From Candidatus Kuenenia stuttgartensis (GTDB lineage Bacteria > Planctomycetota > Brocadiia > Brocadiales > Brocadiaceae), in NCBI RefSeq assembly GCF_900232105.1, contig NZ_LT934425.1, positions 3,720,001 through 3,752,000 of the forward strand: 32,000 nt of DNA. The letters run 5' to 3'. The position numbers and the translations under genes are program-made. Below the pieces are notes generated by a model. The model made no database searches, was not told the origin of the DNA, and worked only from the letters and a program-made list of their open reading frames with translations. The first letter of the stretch is position 1; each line of letters opens with the position of its first letter. Below, piece after piece: positions 8,344 to 18,302 of this stretch.

Positions 8344-9537
8344 TCACATCGCCTTTTCCACTTTATCTGCGATAAATTTGCTGAATGAAAAAGAAGAGGT
8401 AAATGCGGGGGATACCGCGTTTAATATGTGGGTGGAAGTTTCTTCCTGTTCTACAACGAAATCCATCTCCAGTTTCATTGTTCTTGTATCAAGCAGTTGC
8501 GCCCTTATTCCCGGGGTGAGATAATTGCCGAATTTATCCTCTTCCAGGTTTTTCACTAAATGAGCGGCTTGTTTTATGAAATATTTCCTATAGTGTTTTT
8601 TCATCTCTGCAAATGCCAGATCTCTGAAATTAAAAGAATTCATAAGAAAAAGTTTTGCCTCGTACCGGAGTATTTCAAAGAATTCTCCGGGATGAAAATT
8701 GGATAAACCCTCATAATTTTCCCTCCAAAATACGGGAATTGCCGTTGGCCCCATTTTTACCCTCCCGTCAACCATTTTTGTAAAGTGTACGCCAAGAAAC
8801 GGGTTTTTCAGATTGGGAACGGGGTATATGTGTTTTTGAATAAAATTACTGTCCTTATATTCAATATACAGTCCTTTAAAAGGGATGAGGGTATAGTGTT
8901 TTCCAACACCGTATTGGTGGCCTATTTTATCGGCATACAGACCGGCGCAATTAATAAGGTGCCGGTAGTGTATTGTATTTTTATTAGTGACTGCCGAATG
9001 AAGGCCCTCTCGCTTTATGAATTTTTCATTCAATAGCAGGTTGATGTTTTTTTTAAAACCGGTTGCGATATGGTTCAATACTTCTTTTGGGTTCACCACT
9101 GAAGTTGCAGGAGAATGGATAGCCTTGCAATATGTTTTTGCATTTGGGTCGATTTGGGATAGTTCCTGTTCATCTATTATTTGTAATTCCACGCCATTTT
9201 TGTCACCTCTGTTTTTTAACGCATAAATCCCTTTTAAATCCTCTTCATCTTTTGCAACAACTACTTTCCCGCATCTGTTAATGGAAAGGTTGTGTTGTAA
9301 ACAATATGCTGTTAAAAGCCTGTTTCCCTCAACCGTAAATTTCGCTTTTAAACTGTCAGGAGTATAGTAAAATCCCGCATGAAGTATGCCGCTATTCCTG
9401 CCACTTGCATGGCGGCCAGGGGAATCTTCTTTCTCGATTAAAGTAATTATTAATTCAGGATGTCTATGATGCAGCTCTCGCGCGATGGAGAGTCCCATAA
9501 TGCTGGCGCCAATAATTAAAATGTCTGTTTTTATCAT
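8344..9537 (-). CDS. lhgO: L-2-hydroxyglutarate oxidase (FAD-dependent)
   Basis: DILIIGASIMGLSIARELHHRHP dinucleotide-binding motif, EKEDSPGRHASGRNSGILHAGFYYTPDSLKAKF, RHLINCAGLYADKIG, IPFKGLYIEY, RAQLLD. Confidence 0.88.
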   Translation of the reverse strand: MIKTDILIIGASIMGLSIARELHHRHPELIITLIEKEDSPGRHASGRNSGILHAGFYYTPDSLKAKFTVEGNRLLTAYCLQHNLSINRCGKVVVAKDEEDLKGIYALKNRGDKNGVELQIIDEQELSQIDPNAKTYCKAIHSPATSVVNPKEVLNHIATGFKKNINLLLNEKFIKREGLHSAVTNKNTIHYRHLINCAGLYADKIGHQYGVGKHYTLIPFKGLYIEYKDSNFIQKHIYPVPNLKNPFLGVHFTKMVDGRVKMGPTAIPVFWRENYEGLSNFHPGEFFEILRYEAKLFLMNSFNFRDLAFAEMKKHYRKYFIKQAAHLVKNLEEDKFGNYLTPGIRAQLLDTRTMKLEMDFVVEQEETSTHILNAVSPAFTSSFSFSKFIADKVEKAM

Positions 9538-9941
9538 GTACGATATTCCTTAATGGATGGTTGCTGAACGTTTTTTTGTCTGAAAATACTTTCTATCTCC
9601 AGACTTCGCGAAGTACGATTTACGAGGTACGATTCAAAATTGTAAATCGTAAATCCAAAAGGATGTTTCAAATTTCCTTTTGAAATTGACCGGTAGTTTT
9701 ATTTTATGTACGATAACAAGGCGTTGAAAAAGACCTGTTTCTATAGACCATTAATACCATGTTACGGAATGATATGGCAATAAATAAGGTGTAAGTATCA
9801 TCATTTTGCCAAAAATTTACAAAAGTATTTTAATAAGCATTTTTTTCCGTTCTGCTTGTCTTAAAAAATCAATCGATAAAGCAGAGACACAGGATTTATT
9901 CCTTTACTTGTTTAATAATTATTCACAATTGTATTACGTCT

Positions 9942-10703
9942 ATGATATTAGTATTATCCGGCACCGAAGAGGGTAAAGAAATCGTCCGACAACTTCATTA
10001 TGATGGTTTTAATGTAAGGACTACAGTTGCTACTGAATATGGCAGAAAGATGTTTGAACAAATTGGACTTGATACTCTTTGCATTCAAAAGCGTTGTGAC
10101 AAGGAAGGATTTAGAAGACTCATTCAGGAAAAAGGAATCACTGTTTTAATTGATGCAACACATCCTTTTGCGGTTGAAGCGACAAAAAACGCATATGAAG
10201 CATGCAGGGAAGCCGGCATTGACTATTTTCGCTTTGAACGCAAAGACTCCGTGATATCTGATCACCCGCTTATACATAGCGTTAGTTCTGCCGATGATGC
10301 GGTAAAAAAAGCCAGGCAGCTTGGAACTAATATTTTTTTGACAACCGGGATTTCAGGCGTTTCAAAGTTTATCTCTTTAAAAAATGAAAAACAGCTATTT
10401 GTTCGTATACTTCCCATACCGGAACATATCGTGTCGTGCATTGAAATGGGGATATTTCCTAAAAACATTATCGCAATGCATGGCCCGTTTTCAACAGAGT
10501 TAAACAAAGCTATGTTTCAGCAATACGGGATTAATGTCATCGTTTCAAAAGAAAGCGGGGGAGTGGGGGGGGTAAATGAGAAAATTCAGGCAGCTATTGA
10601 GTTAGGTATCGACACGATTCTGATAACAAGGCCTGCATTAGCATTACCGGATGTTTACACAAGTATTACTGATATCCTGAATAAAGTAAAAGCCCTGCGG
10701 TAA
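9942..10703 (+). CDS. cobK: Precorrin-6x (cobalt-precorrin-6A) reductase
   Basis: VLSGTEEGKEI start, VLIDATHPFAVEATKNAYEAC, TGISGVSKF, MHGPFSTELNKAMF, VSKESGG, ITRP. Confidence 0.9.
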   Translation: MILVLSGTEEGKEIVRQLHYDGFNVRTTVATEYGRKMFEQIGLDTLCIQKRCDKEGFRRLIQEKGITVLIDATHPFAVEATKNAYEACREAGIDYFRFERKDSVISDHPLIHSVSSADDAVKKARQLGTNIFLTTGISGVSKFISLKNEKQLFVRILPIPEHIVSCIEMGIFPKNIIAMHGPFSTELNKAMFQQYGINVIVSKESGGVGGVNEKIQAAIELGIDTILITRPALALPDVYTSITDILNKVKALR

Positions 10704-10726
10704 AACGATGCATTTGCATAATATAA

Positions 10727-10943
10727 TGGACGGGCTTTTTCATACCAGTAGTTAAGATGCTTTTTTGGTAAGATAAGTAATAGAAAGGGAGGTCTGAAAA
10801 ATGAGAAAGGGTTTTGATGCAGAATACATGGCAAAGGTGGCATTGGATGCTATCAGGGAAGAAAAGACGCTGGCAGAATTGTCATCACAGTACGAAGTTC
10901 ATAAGACACAAATAGCAAAGTGGTGCAAACGAGCGATAGAAGG
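10727..10943 (+). mobile_element. End fragment of an IS3-family element with truncated orfA
   Basis: TGGACGGGCTTTTTCA... and MRKGFDAEYMAKVALDAIREEKTLAELSSQYEVHKTQIAKWCKRAIEG match the 18303..18682 copy; homology breaks off at about 10943. Confidence 0.8.
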
Positions 10944-11033
10944 TACTAAACATTGAATTAGATAACGTAGGTCGGGTTTCTTGCCTGACTTTCTGGTCTC
11001 ATATTTCGACAGAAGATTTTTTGAGGTGCGACA

Positions 11034-11693
11034 ATGAAAATCATATCATTTGGCGATGTTCATGAAGACGTCAGTAAACTTCCGTTAATTCAACACATTG
11101 TGGAAAAAGCCGATTTAATAATTATTTCAGGTGACATTACAAACTGTCACGGCAAAAAACACGCTGAACCGGTCATAAACTTATTGAAAATGATTAATAA
11201 TAATATATATGCACAGTATGGGAATATGGATACTTCTGCAGTAAATAATTATCTGACTGATATCGGCATAAACCTGCATGGGAAAGGGTATTTTTTTGGA
11301 GACGTTGGGGTATTCGGCTGTGGTGCATCAAATCCAACCCCTTTTAATACTCCGTCTGAAATCAGTGAAGATGAAATAGCGGCAAATTTGTTAAAAGGAT
11401 ATAACATGGTAAAGGGCGCACGATGGAAAATTATGGTGTGTCACACACCGCCCAAAGATACCGCTGTTGACAGAATTAGTAATGGCATGCATGTGGGAAG
11501 CAGCGCCGCGAGGGATTTTATTGAACAACAAAAGCCTCACGTTTGCATTTCAGGACATATACATGAGGCAAAAGGAAAAGATAAAATCGGGGACACGCTG
11601 ATATTGAATGCGGGTATGTTTCGTGATGGGTGGTATATTGAAATAGATTGTGATGAAAGAGTAATATCTGCTAACCTGCGGTCTATAGCATAA
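11034..11693 (+). CDS. Metallophosphoesterase (calcineurin-like)
   Basis: SFGDVHED, ISGDITN, CHTPP, ISGHIHEA metal-binding motifs. Confidence 0.88.
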   Translation: MKIISFGDVHEDVSKLPLIQHIVEKADLIIISGDITNCHGKKHAEPVINLLKMINNNIYAQYGNMDTSAVNNYLTDIGINLHGKGYFFGDVGVFGCGASNPTPFNTPSEISEDEIAANLLKGYNMVKGARWKIMVCHTPPKDTAVDRISNGMHVGSSAARDFIEQQKPHVCISGHIHEAKGKDKIGDTLILNAGMFRDGWYIEIDCDERVISANLRSIA

Positions 11694-11754
11694 GGGATTT
11701 CTATCTTTAACAACAATAACAGAATAAAGTCGCTGCCAAAGGAACCTGATTTCA

Positions 11755-12912
11755 ATGAAGATTGCATTAGTAGTGTATCAATTTATTAAAGAAAAAGGTG
11801 GCGTTGAGCGTTATGTATATAATTTGGCAGAGCAACTAGTCAGTAAAAAATATGAGGTGCATATATTTACGCATTGTCTTCCTGAAAAAGAAGATAACAG
11901 ATATATCTTTCACTATGTACCTGCCATTTCTTTCTGGTCTCCGCTAAAATACTGGACATTCGCCTTCAATGCCCCACGGGCGGTTAAAAAAACTGGCATA
12001 CGATTTGACATTGTTCACGGGTTTACACAAACATTGTATCAGGATATTTACAGAGTAGGGGGGGGATGTCACTGGGATTATATGCTGCATACGTATCCTT
12101 CCATGCAGACCATCTTTGGCAGGGCATTGCTCTGCCTTAATCCAAGGCACATGAGCCTTTTGCTTTTAGAGAAAATGATTTTTAAAGGGAAACGCTACAA
12201 ACAGGTTACTTGTATTTCTGAGATGTGCAAAGATGAGTTGGTGTCACATTATAAAATACCCCCTGAAGACATAGCAATTATTTACAATGGCGTGGATACA
12301 ATGCTTTTTAGTCCGGATAACAGCCGGAAATACAGGGATAGCATAAGAAGCATGTATGATGTGGCTCCGGATGATATTCTTTTGGTGTTTGTGGGTTCCG
12401 GGTTTAAGAGGAAGGGCCTCATACATGTGATACATGCCTTGGCAATGGCAGATATGCCAAAAAACGTGAAACTGTTGGTTGTTGGCAGGGGATATGAAGA
12501 AAAGTTTCGGGCAATTGCGAAGGAGAAAGGTATTTATGAACTGGTAATTTTTGCGGGCACTAGCAAAGAAATTCACAAAATATATGCGGCAGGTGATATT
12601 TTTGTTTTCCCCAGTGAGTATGATGCGTTTGGCACGGCATGCCTGGAGGCAATGGCGTCGGGTCTTCCGGTAATTGTGAGTAAAGCGAGCGGTGCATCTG
12701 AAATTATCGAGGACGGCAAAGATGGTATCGTTATTGAACATCCGATCAATGCAAAAGAAATCGCTGATGCTTTGCAGATGCTTTATGATAAGGAGAAACG
12801 GAAGCAAATGGGACTGGCAGCAAGGAATAAGTCGGAAAAGTATTCATTAGAAGTAAATATAAACAAAACGTTGTCGGTATATCGGAGGCTTGTGTGTGAC
12901 AGTAACTTTTAA
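11755..12912 (+). CDS. Glycosyltransferase family 4, WaaG-like
   Basis: KGGVERYVYNLAEQL, FIVHGF-like acceptor region, YNGVDTMLFSP, LLVVGRGYE, VFPSEYDAFGTACLEAMASGLPVIVSKASGASEII. Confidence 0.9.
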   Translation: MKIALVVYQFIKEKGGVERYVYNLAEQLVSKKYEVHIFTHCLPEKEDNRYIFHYVPAISFWSPLKYWTFAFNAPRAVKKTGIRFDIVHGFTQTLYQDIYRVGGGCHWDYMLHTYPSMQTIFGRALLCLNPRHMSLLLLEKMIFKGKRYKQVTCISEMCKDELVSHYKIPPEDIAIIYNGVDTMLFSPDNSRKYRDSIRSMYDVAPDDILLVFVGSGFKRKGLIHVIHALAMADMPKNVKLLVVGRGYEEKFRAIAKEKGIYELVIFAGTSKEIHKIYAAGDIFVFPSEYDAFGTACLEAMASGLPVIVSKASGASEIIEDGKDGIVIEHPINAKEIADALQMLYDKEKRKQMGLAARNKSEKYSLEVNINKTLSVYRRLVCDSNF

Positions 12913-13024
12913 TACCATACTTGGCAGTTGGCAATCTACAGTCTACAGTCGGCAAATTGCAGATTGCCGATTGAGGACTGAGGATTGTTTTTAGCGCAGT
13001 TCAAGCGTAGTATTAATGATGTTT

Positions 13025-14650
13025 CTAAAAGTTGTATCCAATGCTTCCAATAAGAGTGGTATCATCTTTTTTATTAGCCCCGGAAGGGGTATTATCATAC
13101 TGGTTTATTAATACCGTGCTTAGTGACAAAGCCTTCATCAAATCATGCTTTATCCCTAAACTTGAATCTAACCGCCAATCTTCCTGATCTTCAACACTTG
13201 TGTTGTATTCATTTTTTGCAAATAACTTTGTAGAACTCAGCATATGCCAGTCTAAATAATGCCCAAACCGTAAACCGAAATTGTTTTCCGTGATACCTCC
13301 GTGATATCTTTCATGGGTAAATGCAGGGCCTCCTTCAATCCGATATTTAATTTTTTCACTACTAAATAAACGATACCCAGGCCCAAAAGAGGAAATCGTT
13401 CTGTAATTTAAATTTTCAAGTTCATCATGTTCAAAATATTCCTGCAAAAACAGATATACTTTGAAAGAGGTGTTATATTCGTATTTCAATGTCACCTTTT
13501 GCTCATTGGCGGTTTCTTCAGACCCACCGGTACTTTGGTTCTTCTTTGTTTCAAAAATGGCAAGCATATCGAAAAATATTTTGTCGCATTTCCTTTCGTT
13601 TGAATATCCAATTTTCAGGTGCGTTGTTGTGGCTTCCGTATTTCCTGTTTTAATGTTAATGCCGGACTCAACGCTCCCTTTCCATGTTTTTTGAGGAGAA
13701 GAATCTTTTTTGGACTCATCTACCGCCAGTGTAACGGTTTCATCCTTATCCCCGGCAATTGGAGGTACGGCGTCACCTTCCTTTTCGGATGTATGCGTAT
13801 CTGATGGTATTGCCTGTTTGGGTATTAAATATGAAGATGGTTCTTTTTGTGCGGTTATTATTTCATCAAGGGTATGAGTGGCATCTAATAGTTTAAAAGC
13901 ATAAACGTTTATTTTTTTGATGGATACATATTCACCGTTTACAGGTTTAAGAATCGAGAACTGAGTGGGTTTGTTTTCATGATAATAGACTTTTATAATT
14001 TCGTTATTGCTGGAAAAAACACTGACGTTCTCTAATCGGATAGTACAGATATTTTCTCCGTCCTGCAGAAAGGTAATGGAATTATCGGTAATTTTGATAA
14101 GTTTCCCTTTTATGTATATCCCATCAACTGTTATCAATTCATCTGAAAGCGTCTGAGATGTTGAGGTGCGCAGCTTGTTTTGCATGTGTATTTTTGTATT
14201 TGCAGATTTGATGTGCCTGCGGGTCTTTATTACGTCAATGTCTTCATCATCATCGGGAGCGTAAACTCCATATTCATTTTCAGTAAAACCATGCGCATTT
14301 TTACTATGAGAATTATTAAATGCCATATGAAGTGAAGAAATCGTATCTGCCGGAATAGAGAGTATTAGTTTGTTATTTGCATAGGCGTCCACTTTACATG
14401 GAATGGTTATATCATCAACCTTTAAGGAAACATGACCGGAGGAGTAAGTATCGTCGGGAAACTGCATTATTAAAGATTTAAGATCGCTTTCTGACAGCTC
14501 TGCGGTTACATAATTTCCCTCAAAACCGACAATTTCAATATCGATGCTTTTGTCGGCATTCTTCAAAAATAAAGAATCTCCATATGCAGCGGAACAAACA
14601 CTTATAAGCAAAATTATTACAGTGAAAGAAAACTTCATTATTGATTGCAT
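13025..14650 (-). CDS. Secreted/outer-membrane protein with C-terminal DUF481 (YdiY-like) beta-barrel domain
   Basis: Signal peptide; C-terminal GSVESGINIKTGNTEATTTHLKIGYS... YFEHDELENLNYRTISSFGPGYRLF... LIGSIGYNF. Confidence 0.75.
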   Translation of the reverse strand: MQSIMKFSFTVIILLISVCSAAYGDSLFLKNADKSIDIEIVGFEGNYVTAELSESDLKSLIMQFPDDTYSSGHVSLKVDDITIPCKVDAYANNKLILSIPADTISSLHMAFNNSHSKNAHGFTENEYGVYAPDDDEDIDVIKTRRHIKSANTKIHMQNKLRTSTSQTLSDELITVDGIYIKGKLIKITDNSITFLQDGENICTIRLENVSVFSSNNEIIKVYYHENKPTQFSILKPVNGEYVSIKKINVYAFKLLDATHTLDEIITAQKEPSSYLIPKQAIPSDTHTSEKEGDAVPPIAGDKDETVTLAVDESKKDSSPQKTWKGSVESGINIKTGNTEATTTHLKIGYSNERKCDKIFFDMLAIFETKKNQSTGGSEETANEQKVTLKYEYNTSFKVYLFLQEYFEHDELENLNYRTISSFGPGYRLFSSEKIKYRIEGGPAFTHERYHGGITENNFGLRFGHYLDWHMLSSTKLFAKNEYNTSVEDQEDWRLDSSLGIKHDLMKALSLSTVLINQYDNTPSGANKKDDTTLIGSIGYNF

Positions 14651-14721
14651 TTGCAGAATCGATAAAAAGTAACAATTTATTTTTTGAAAAATTCCAATAA
14701 TAGCGATGTTTGCCGCACAGC

Positions 14722-14794
14722 GTAGGGGCTAAGCAATTACTATAAATTGTCATAAATAAGTGCATACCCCAACTGGTAAATGCCTCACCCCTAC
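14722..14794. repeat. 73-bp REP-like element, copy C (more diverged)
   Basis: GTAGGGGCTAAGCAATTACTATAAATTGTCATAAATAAGTGCATACCCCAACTGGTAAATGCCTCACCCCTAC. Confidence 0.8.
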
Positions 14795-14809
14795 ACTGTA
14801 AAACTGAAA

Positions 14810-15442
14810 TTATGCGAGCGAAGGGAATAATTCACGCAGCCCGTTTGCTATAATTTCTATTGCGATTGCGGTTAGAATCAAACCAAATAAACGATTAAGG
14901 ATATTGCGTCCTATCGGGCCTAATGCCCTGCCTATAGGGCTTGCAAGGCGAAGAACTATCCAGAGCAGTATGCAGGTGATAAGAATACATAGTATGACCA
15001 GCGCCCCGTGATAAGTGGCGGAAGAACGGTGCATTTCTATTATAACAGTACTTATCGAGCCGGGACCGGCTAGCAGCGGAATGGCAAGGGGAACGACGGC
15101 AATTGTCGCCTTGTTCTCTGCCGCTGCCTCTTCAGTGGGGCTTGTTTTCACTTTATCGGCCTGCGCTCTTAGCATTGCCAATGCCATTATAAACAATACA
15201 ATGCCGCCACCGACTCTAAAAGAGGCAAGGCTTGTGCCAAAAGTCTTTAATAATGATTCACCGCTAATGGCAGAGGAAATGAGGACAAGTGCTACCGTTA
15301 TTATGGTAACAAGCACGACCCGTGCTCTTTGTGATTGGCTGTATCCCTGCGTTAGGCTTAAAAATATGGGAATAGCCGCAAAAGGGTCCAGTATTACCAT
15401 GAGGGCTGTCAAAAATCGCGTGTATTCCGTCCAATGTTCCAT
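14810..15442 (-). CDS. MarC family integral membrane protein (UPF0056)
   Basis: DPFAAIPIFLSLT, GGGIVLFIMALAML, AVVPLAIPLLAGPGSISTVI, RLFGLILTAIAIEIIANGL. Confidence 0.88.
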   Translation of the reverse strand: MEHWTEYTRFLTALMVILDPFAAIPIFLSLTQGYSQSQRARVVLVTIITVALVLISSAISGESLLKTFGTSLASFRVGGGIVLFIMALAMLRAQADKVKTSPTEEAAAENKATIAVVPLAIPLLAGPGSISTVIIEMHRSSATYHGALVILCILITCILLWIVLRLASPIGRALGPIGRNILNRLFGLILTAIAIEIIANGLRELFPSLA

Positions 15443-15583
15443 AGAGTATTACCCTGTAAAAACTTCTTTTGTAATAGTTTTGACCCCTTCTCTAAACAAG
15501 AGAATGATCCAGCCCCTCTCAAACAGGGGAATACAAAAATCACCTCATAGAAAAAGATTTAGAATATCAGACTATAATCAAAG

Positions 15584-15622
15584 AAAAAAGCATGGACAGT
15601 ATTGAATTGTCCATGCTTTTTT
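15584..15622. terminator. Bidirectional Rho-independent-type terminator
   Basis: AAAAAAGCATGGACA - 9 nt - TGTCCATGCTTTTTT, perfect 15-bp arms; lies 3' of the 15687..17237 gene. Confidence 0.8.
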
Positions 15623-15686
15623 TGTGTAAAAATAATTGTCTAACGAATGTTGCTTACCAACCCGTAACCGTCTCGTAAGTTTCTTT

Positions 15687-17237
15687 CTAGTCAACATTAA
15701 CGTCAAGTATTGATTGTAAATCGCCAGAGGAAAACTTTATGCTAATATTGTCTTTTTTTGATGTTTTCCTTGCGCCTGTTACTGTAAATACTGCCTTACC
15801 TGCTTCATCTGTCAAAATTGCAGTAGATGAAATCTTTACCTTGTTGCCATCCTTTTGGACAATTGCATCAATCTTAGCGTCCACTGCGGGGCTTCCGTTT
15901 TTACATTTTGCCTTGACTGTTACTTCGCTGCTTTCTCCTTCTTTGAGTTTAAGCTTTTTATCAGGATTTGTTGTTAAACTGCCAAGACTGCATGCCTCTG
16001 CCTGAACCTTTACCTCTAGTTTAGCGCTGAGTTTTTCAGCCTTGAATTTAATTTCTGCTGGCTCTGTATCGGTTTTCATATCACCGGACACAGCAAAAAC
16101 TGCCTTTCCATTTTTATCTGTTTCAGCGCTTTTGGGAGTAAGCGTTATATATTTCTTGCCTTTTATTACCTCGGCTTCTAGTTTAACGCCCTCTGCCGGA
16201 CTATCGTCCTTGCACTTTACTTTAACGGTAATGCTGGCATTTTTGCCTTTTTCCAGGGTTAATTTTTTATCGGGAAGCGTTATTACTGTTTTTGGTTTGC
16301 ATGGAGTTGTTATTTCTGTAGTTTCCTCTGCTGATGTTGTTTTAGCGGTGTCTGCGGAGGTTTTCTCTTCCGTTAGAGAAGTGCCCTCAACTTCAACTTC
16401 ATCAGTGGATATGGATTCATCAACTATTTCTTCGTTAGATGACTCCTCACCTTCTTCTTTCACCAGGGAAGCGGCAACGGTTTCTTCTTCAGAACCGGCT
16501 TCTGTGTCTTTTTCTGCTTCTGTTTTAACCTTTACCTCGAGAATTGTTTTAATATCATCTGCGGAAAATTTGATGGTAGGTGCATCTTTCTTCGTTTTAC
16601 TTATACCGGAAACGGTAAAGACGGCTTTGCCGCTTTCATCGGTTAATGCGCTGGAAGAGGAAAGTTTTATGCTATTACTGCCCTTCTGTATGATGGCATC
16701 CACTTTAACATCAACCGCGGGACTTCCATTGTTGCATTTTAACCTGACGGTTATATCGCTGCTTTGCCCTACGAAAAGTGTTACTTTGTTCTCAGGATTT
16801 GTCTTTATAGTATCCAACTTGCATTCTTCAGCCTGAACCTTTATCTCTAGCGTAGTGCTAAGTTTGTCTGCCTTGAATTTGATTTCGGCATTTTCCGTTT
16901 CTGTCTTCTTATCTCCCGTGATAGTAAACACGGCTTTGCCATTTTCGTCTGTTACCGCACTTTTTGGAGAAAAGGATATGTTTTTGTTGCCTTTTAATAC
17001 TTTCGTCTCTATGGCAACACCGGAAGCCGGGCTGTCGTCCTTGCATTTTAACCTTAGAATGACATTGCCGCTCTTGCCTTTTTTGATGGTAAGTGTCTTT
17101 TCCGGGTTAGTTTGCATAGACTTGGGCTTACAATCAGAGGCAATTGTATTGTTTGTTGGGGCAATAGCCGAAATAAATGAAACACAAATTAAAACAATAC
17201 TATACAAAAAAATATTTCTGCACGTAATTCCGTTCAT
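15687..17237 (-). CDS. Secreted protein made of tandem bacterial Ig-like (Big_1/invasin-type) repeats
   Basis: Signal peptide, then repeated C(K/N)...SPAxGV...SAxTDExGKAVFTVSG...IKFxADKLSTxLEVKVQAExC units, with a low-complexity acidic/Thr-rich linker between the second and third. Confidence 0.75.
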   Translation of the reverse strand: MNGITCRNIFLYSIVLICVSFISAIAPTNNTIASDCKPKSMQTNPEKTLTIKKGKSGNVILRLKCKDDSPASGVAIETKVLKGNKNISFSPKSAVTDENGKAVFTITGDKKTETENAEIKFKADKLSTTLEIKVQAEECKLDTIKTNPENKVTLFVGQSSDITVRLKCNNGSPAVDVKVDAIIQKGSNSIKLSSSSALTDESGKAVFTVSGISKTKKDAPTIKFSADDIKTILEVKVKTEAEKDTEAGSEEETVAASLVKEEGEESSNEEIVDESISTDEVEVEGTSLTEEKTSADTAKTTSAEETTEITTPCKPKTVITLPDKKLTLEKGKNASITVKVKCKDDSPAEGVKLEAEVIKGKKYITLTPKSAETDKNGKAVFAVSGDMKTDTEPAEIKFKAEKLSAKLEVKVQAEACSLGSLTTNPDKKLKLKEGESSEVTVKAKCKNGSPAVDAKIDAIVQKDGNKVKISSTAILTDEAGKAVFTVTGARKTSKKDNISIKFSSGDLQSILDVNVD

Positions 17238-17492
17238 GCGCCTTTCTCCTGATCTTCTTTTAAAAATATTTTGCGGTAGAGATAAAGTAAATTACCCGTT
17301 TTTTGATTTAAGAGCGGGGTAATATTTATGAGTTATTTGGTGTGTGACAAAGAAAGAAAAAAGCACGCTATCCCAATAGAGATGTTTATTGATATGAGTG
17401 GATATTATAAATACCATATTGAGAAAATGCAACGTTAAAAGTAAATGAAGGTGAGGTGTAATGTTTACGCTGAATAGTTACCCGATAGGATA

Positions 17493-17533
17493 AACAAAAA
17501 CAGGCTGGATATTATATCCAGCCTGTTTTTGTT
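17493..17533. terminator. Strong bidirectional terminator hairpin
   Basis: AACAAAAACAGGCTGGATAT-T-ATATCCAGCCTGTTTTTGTT, perfect 20-bp arms; 3' of the YHS gene on the minus strand. Confidence 0.85.
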
Positions 17534-17596
17534 GGTCATACATGACGATGAATCAATTTGGAGATGATTCAAACAGGGTAAAAATGAGAGAATGTA

Positions 17597-17893
17597 TTAC
17601 TGTCCGGTTCTCTCGTTAAAAACTTTCTTACACTGTTCTGAACAGAAGTAATATACCTCCCCTTTGAATTCTGCTGAAGGGGAATTTTTCAAATCCTTAA
17701 CTTCCATTCCGCAAATGGGATCTTTTGCAACCCCTTCCTGCCCTTCTTCTTTTATTTCGTGCTTATGTGGCGGACGGCTGGCATCACTGCCGCATACTCC
17801 ACAGCTTGCCCAGGAAGCAGCGCTTACGCAAAAGATGCTAATGCAAGTAATAAAAAAGATGGTTGTCCTGTTTATGTAGAAATATTTTTTCAT
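17597..17893 (-). CDS. Exported small YHS-domain protein
   Basis: Signal peptide; KDPICGMEVKDLKNSPSAEFKGEVYYFCSEQCKKVF. Confidence 0.85.
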   Translation of the reverse strand: MKKYFYINRTTIFFITCISIFCVSAASWASCGVCGSDASRPPHKHEIKEEGQEGVAKDPICGMEVKDLKNSPSAEFKGEVYYFCSEQCKKVFNERTGQ

Positions 17894-18152
17894 AAATAAA
17901 TCTCCTTGAGAAATATACTTGATTTATAATCTAAAATAATACAGCAATGCCTCCTTTCGAAATAAAGAAAATTGTAAACAACAAGGTCTATCTATTTTCG
18001 TATTCCGTTTCACGCTCATCGATTATAAAAAACAATAATACCGAATAAAAGATAAATACGCATTTATTATTTACCCGGCGGACATTATTCAACAGGTGAT
18101 CCTGTTTAACTGGTAACTATTCAGCGTAATCTATTAAACTATCGAAGCACCA

Positions 18153-18274
18153 CTCGTTCCCAAACAGAACAGACTGGGTCAAATGTGCAATTTTATCCTA
18201 TTTCACAACAAGCATTTCTCCCTTTTGAGGCAACAAAGTTTCATTTGCCCCAGTCTGTGGAGCTTGAGAACGAG
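18153..18274. repeat. 122-bp segment bounded by imperfect inverted repeats of about 32 bp
   Basis: CTCGTTCCCAAACAGAACAGACTGGGTCAAAT (18153-18184) vs reverse complement of 18243-18274, CTCGTTCTCAAGCTCCACAGACTGGGGCAAAT. Confidence 0.7.
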
Positions 18275-18302
18275 AGAATGTCCGCTTCGGCGAGGCCTTA
18301 TG

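Noticed and set aside
9600-9660. ACGATTTAC...GTAAATCGT text upstream of cobK, considered as a cobalamin riboswitch part
   Set aside because: No recognisable B12-box consensus; looks like common intergenic repeat text.
12244-12807. 187-aa minus-strand ORF
   Set aside because: Antisense to a well-supported GT4 glycosyltransferase.
15015-15605. 196-aa plus-strand ORF opposite marC
   Set aside because: marC family assignment is clear on the minus strand; this ORF has no independent support.
16042-16836. 264-aa plus-strand ORF (and 15739..16005, 16855..17322)
   Set aside because: Antisense shadows of the repetitive Ig-like gene; low-complexity Ser/Val/Leu composition reflects the opposite strand.
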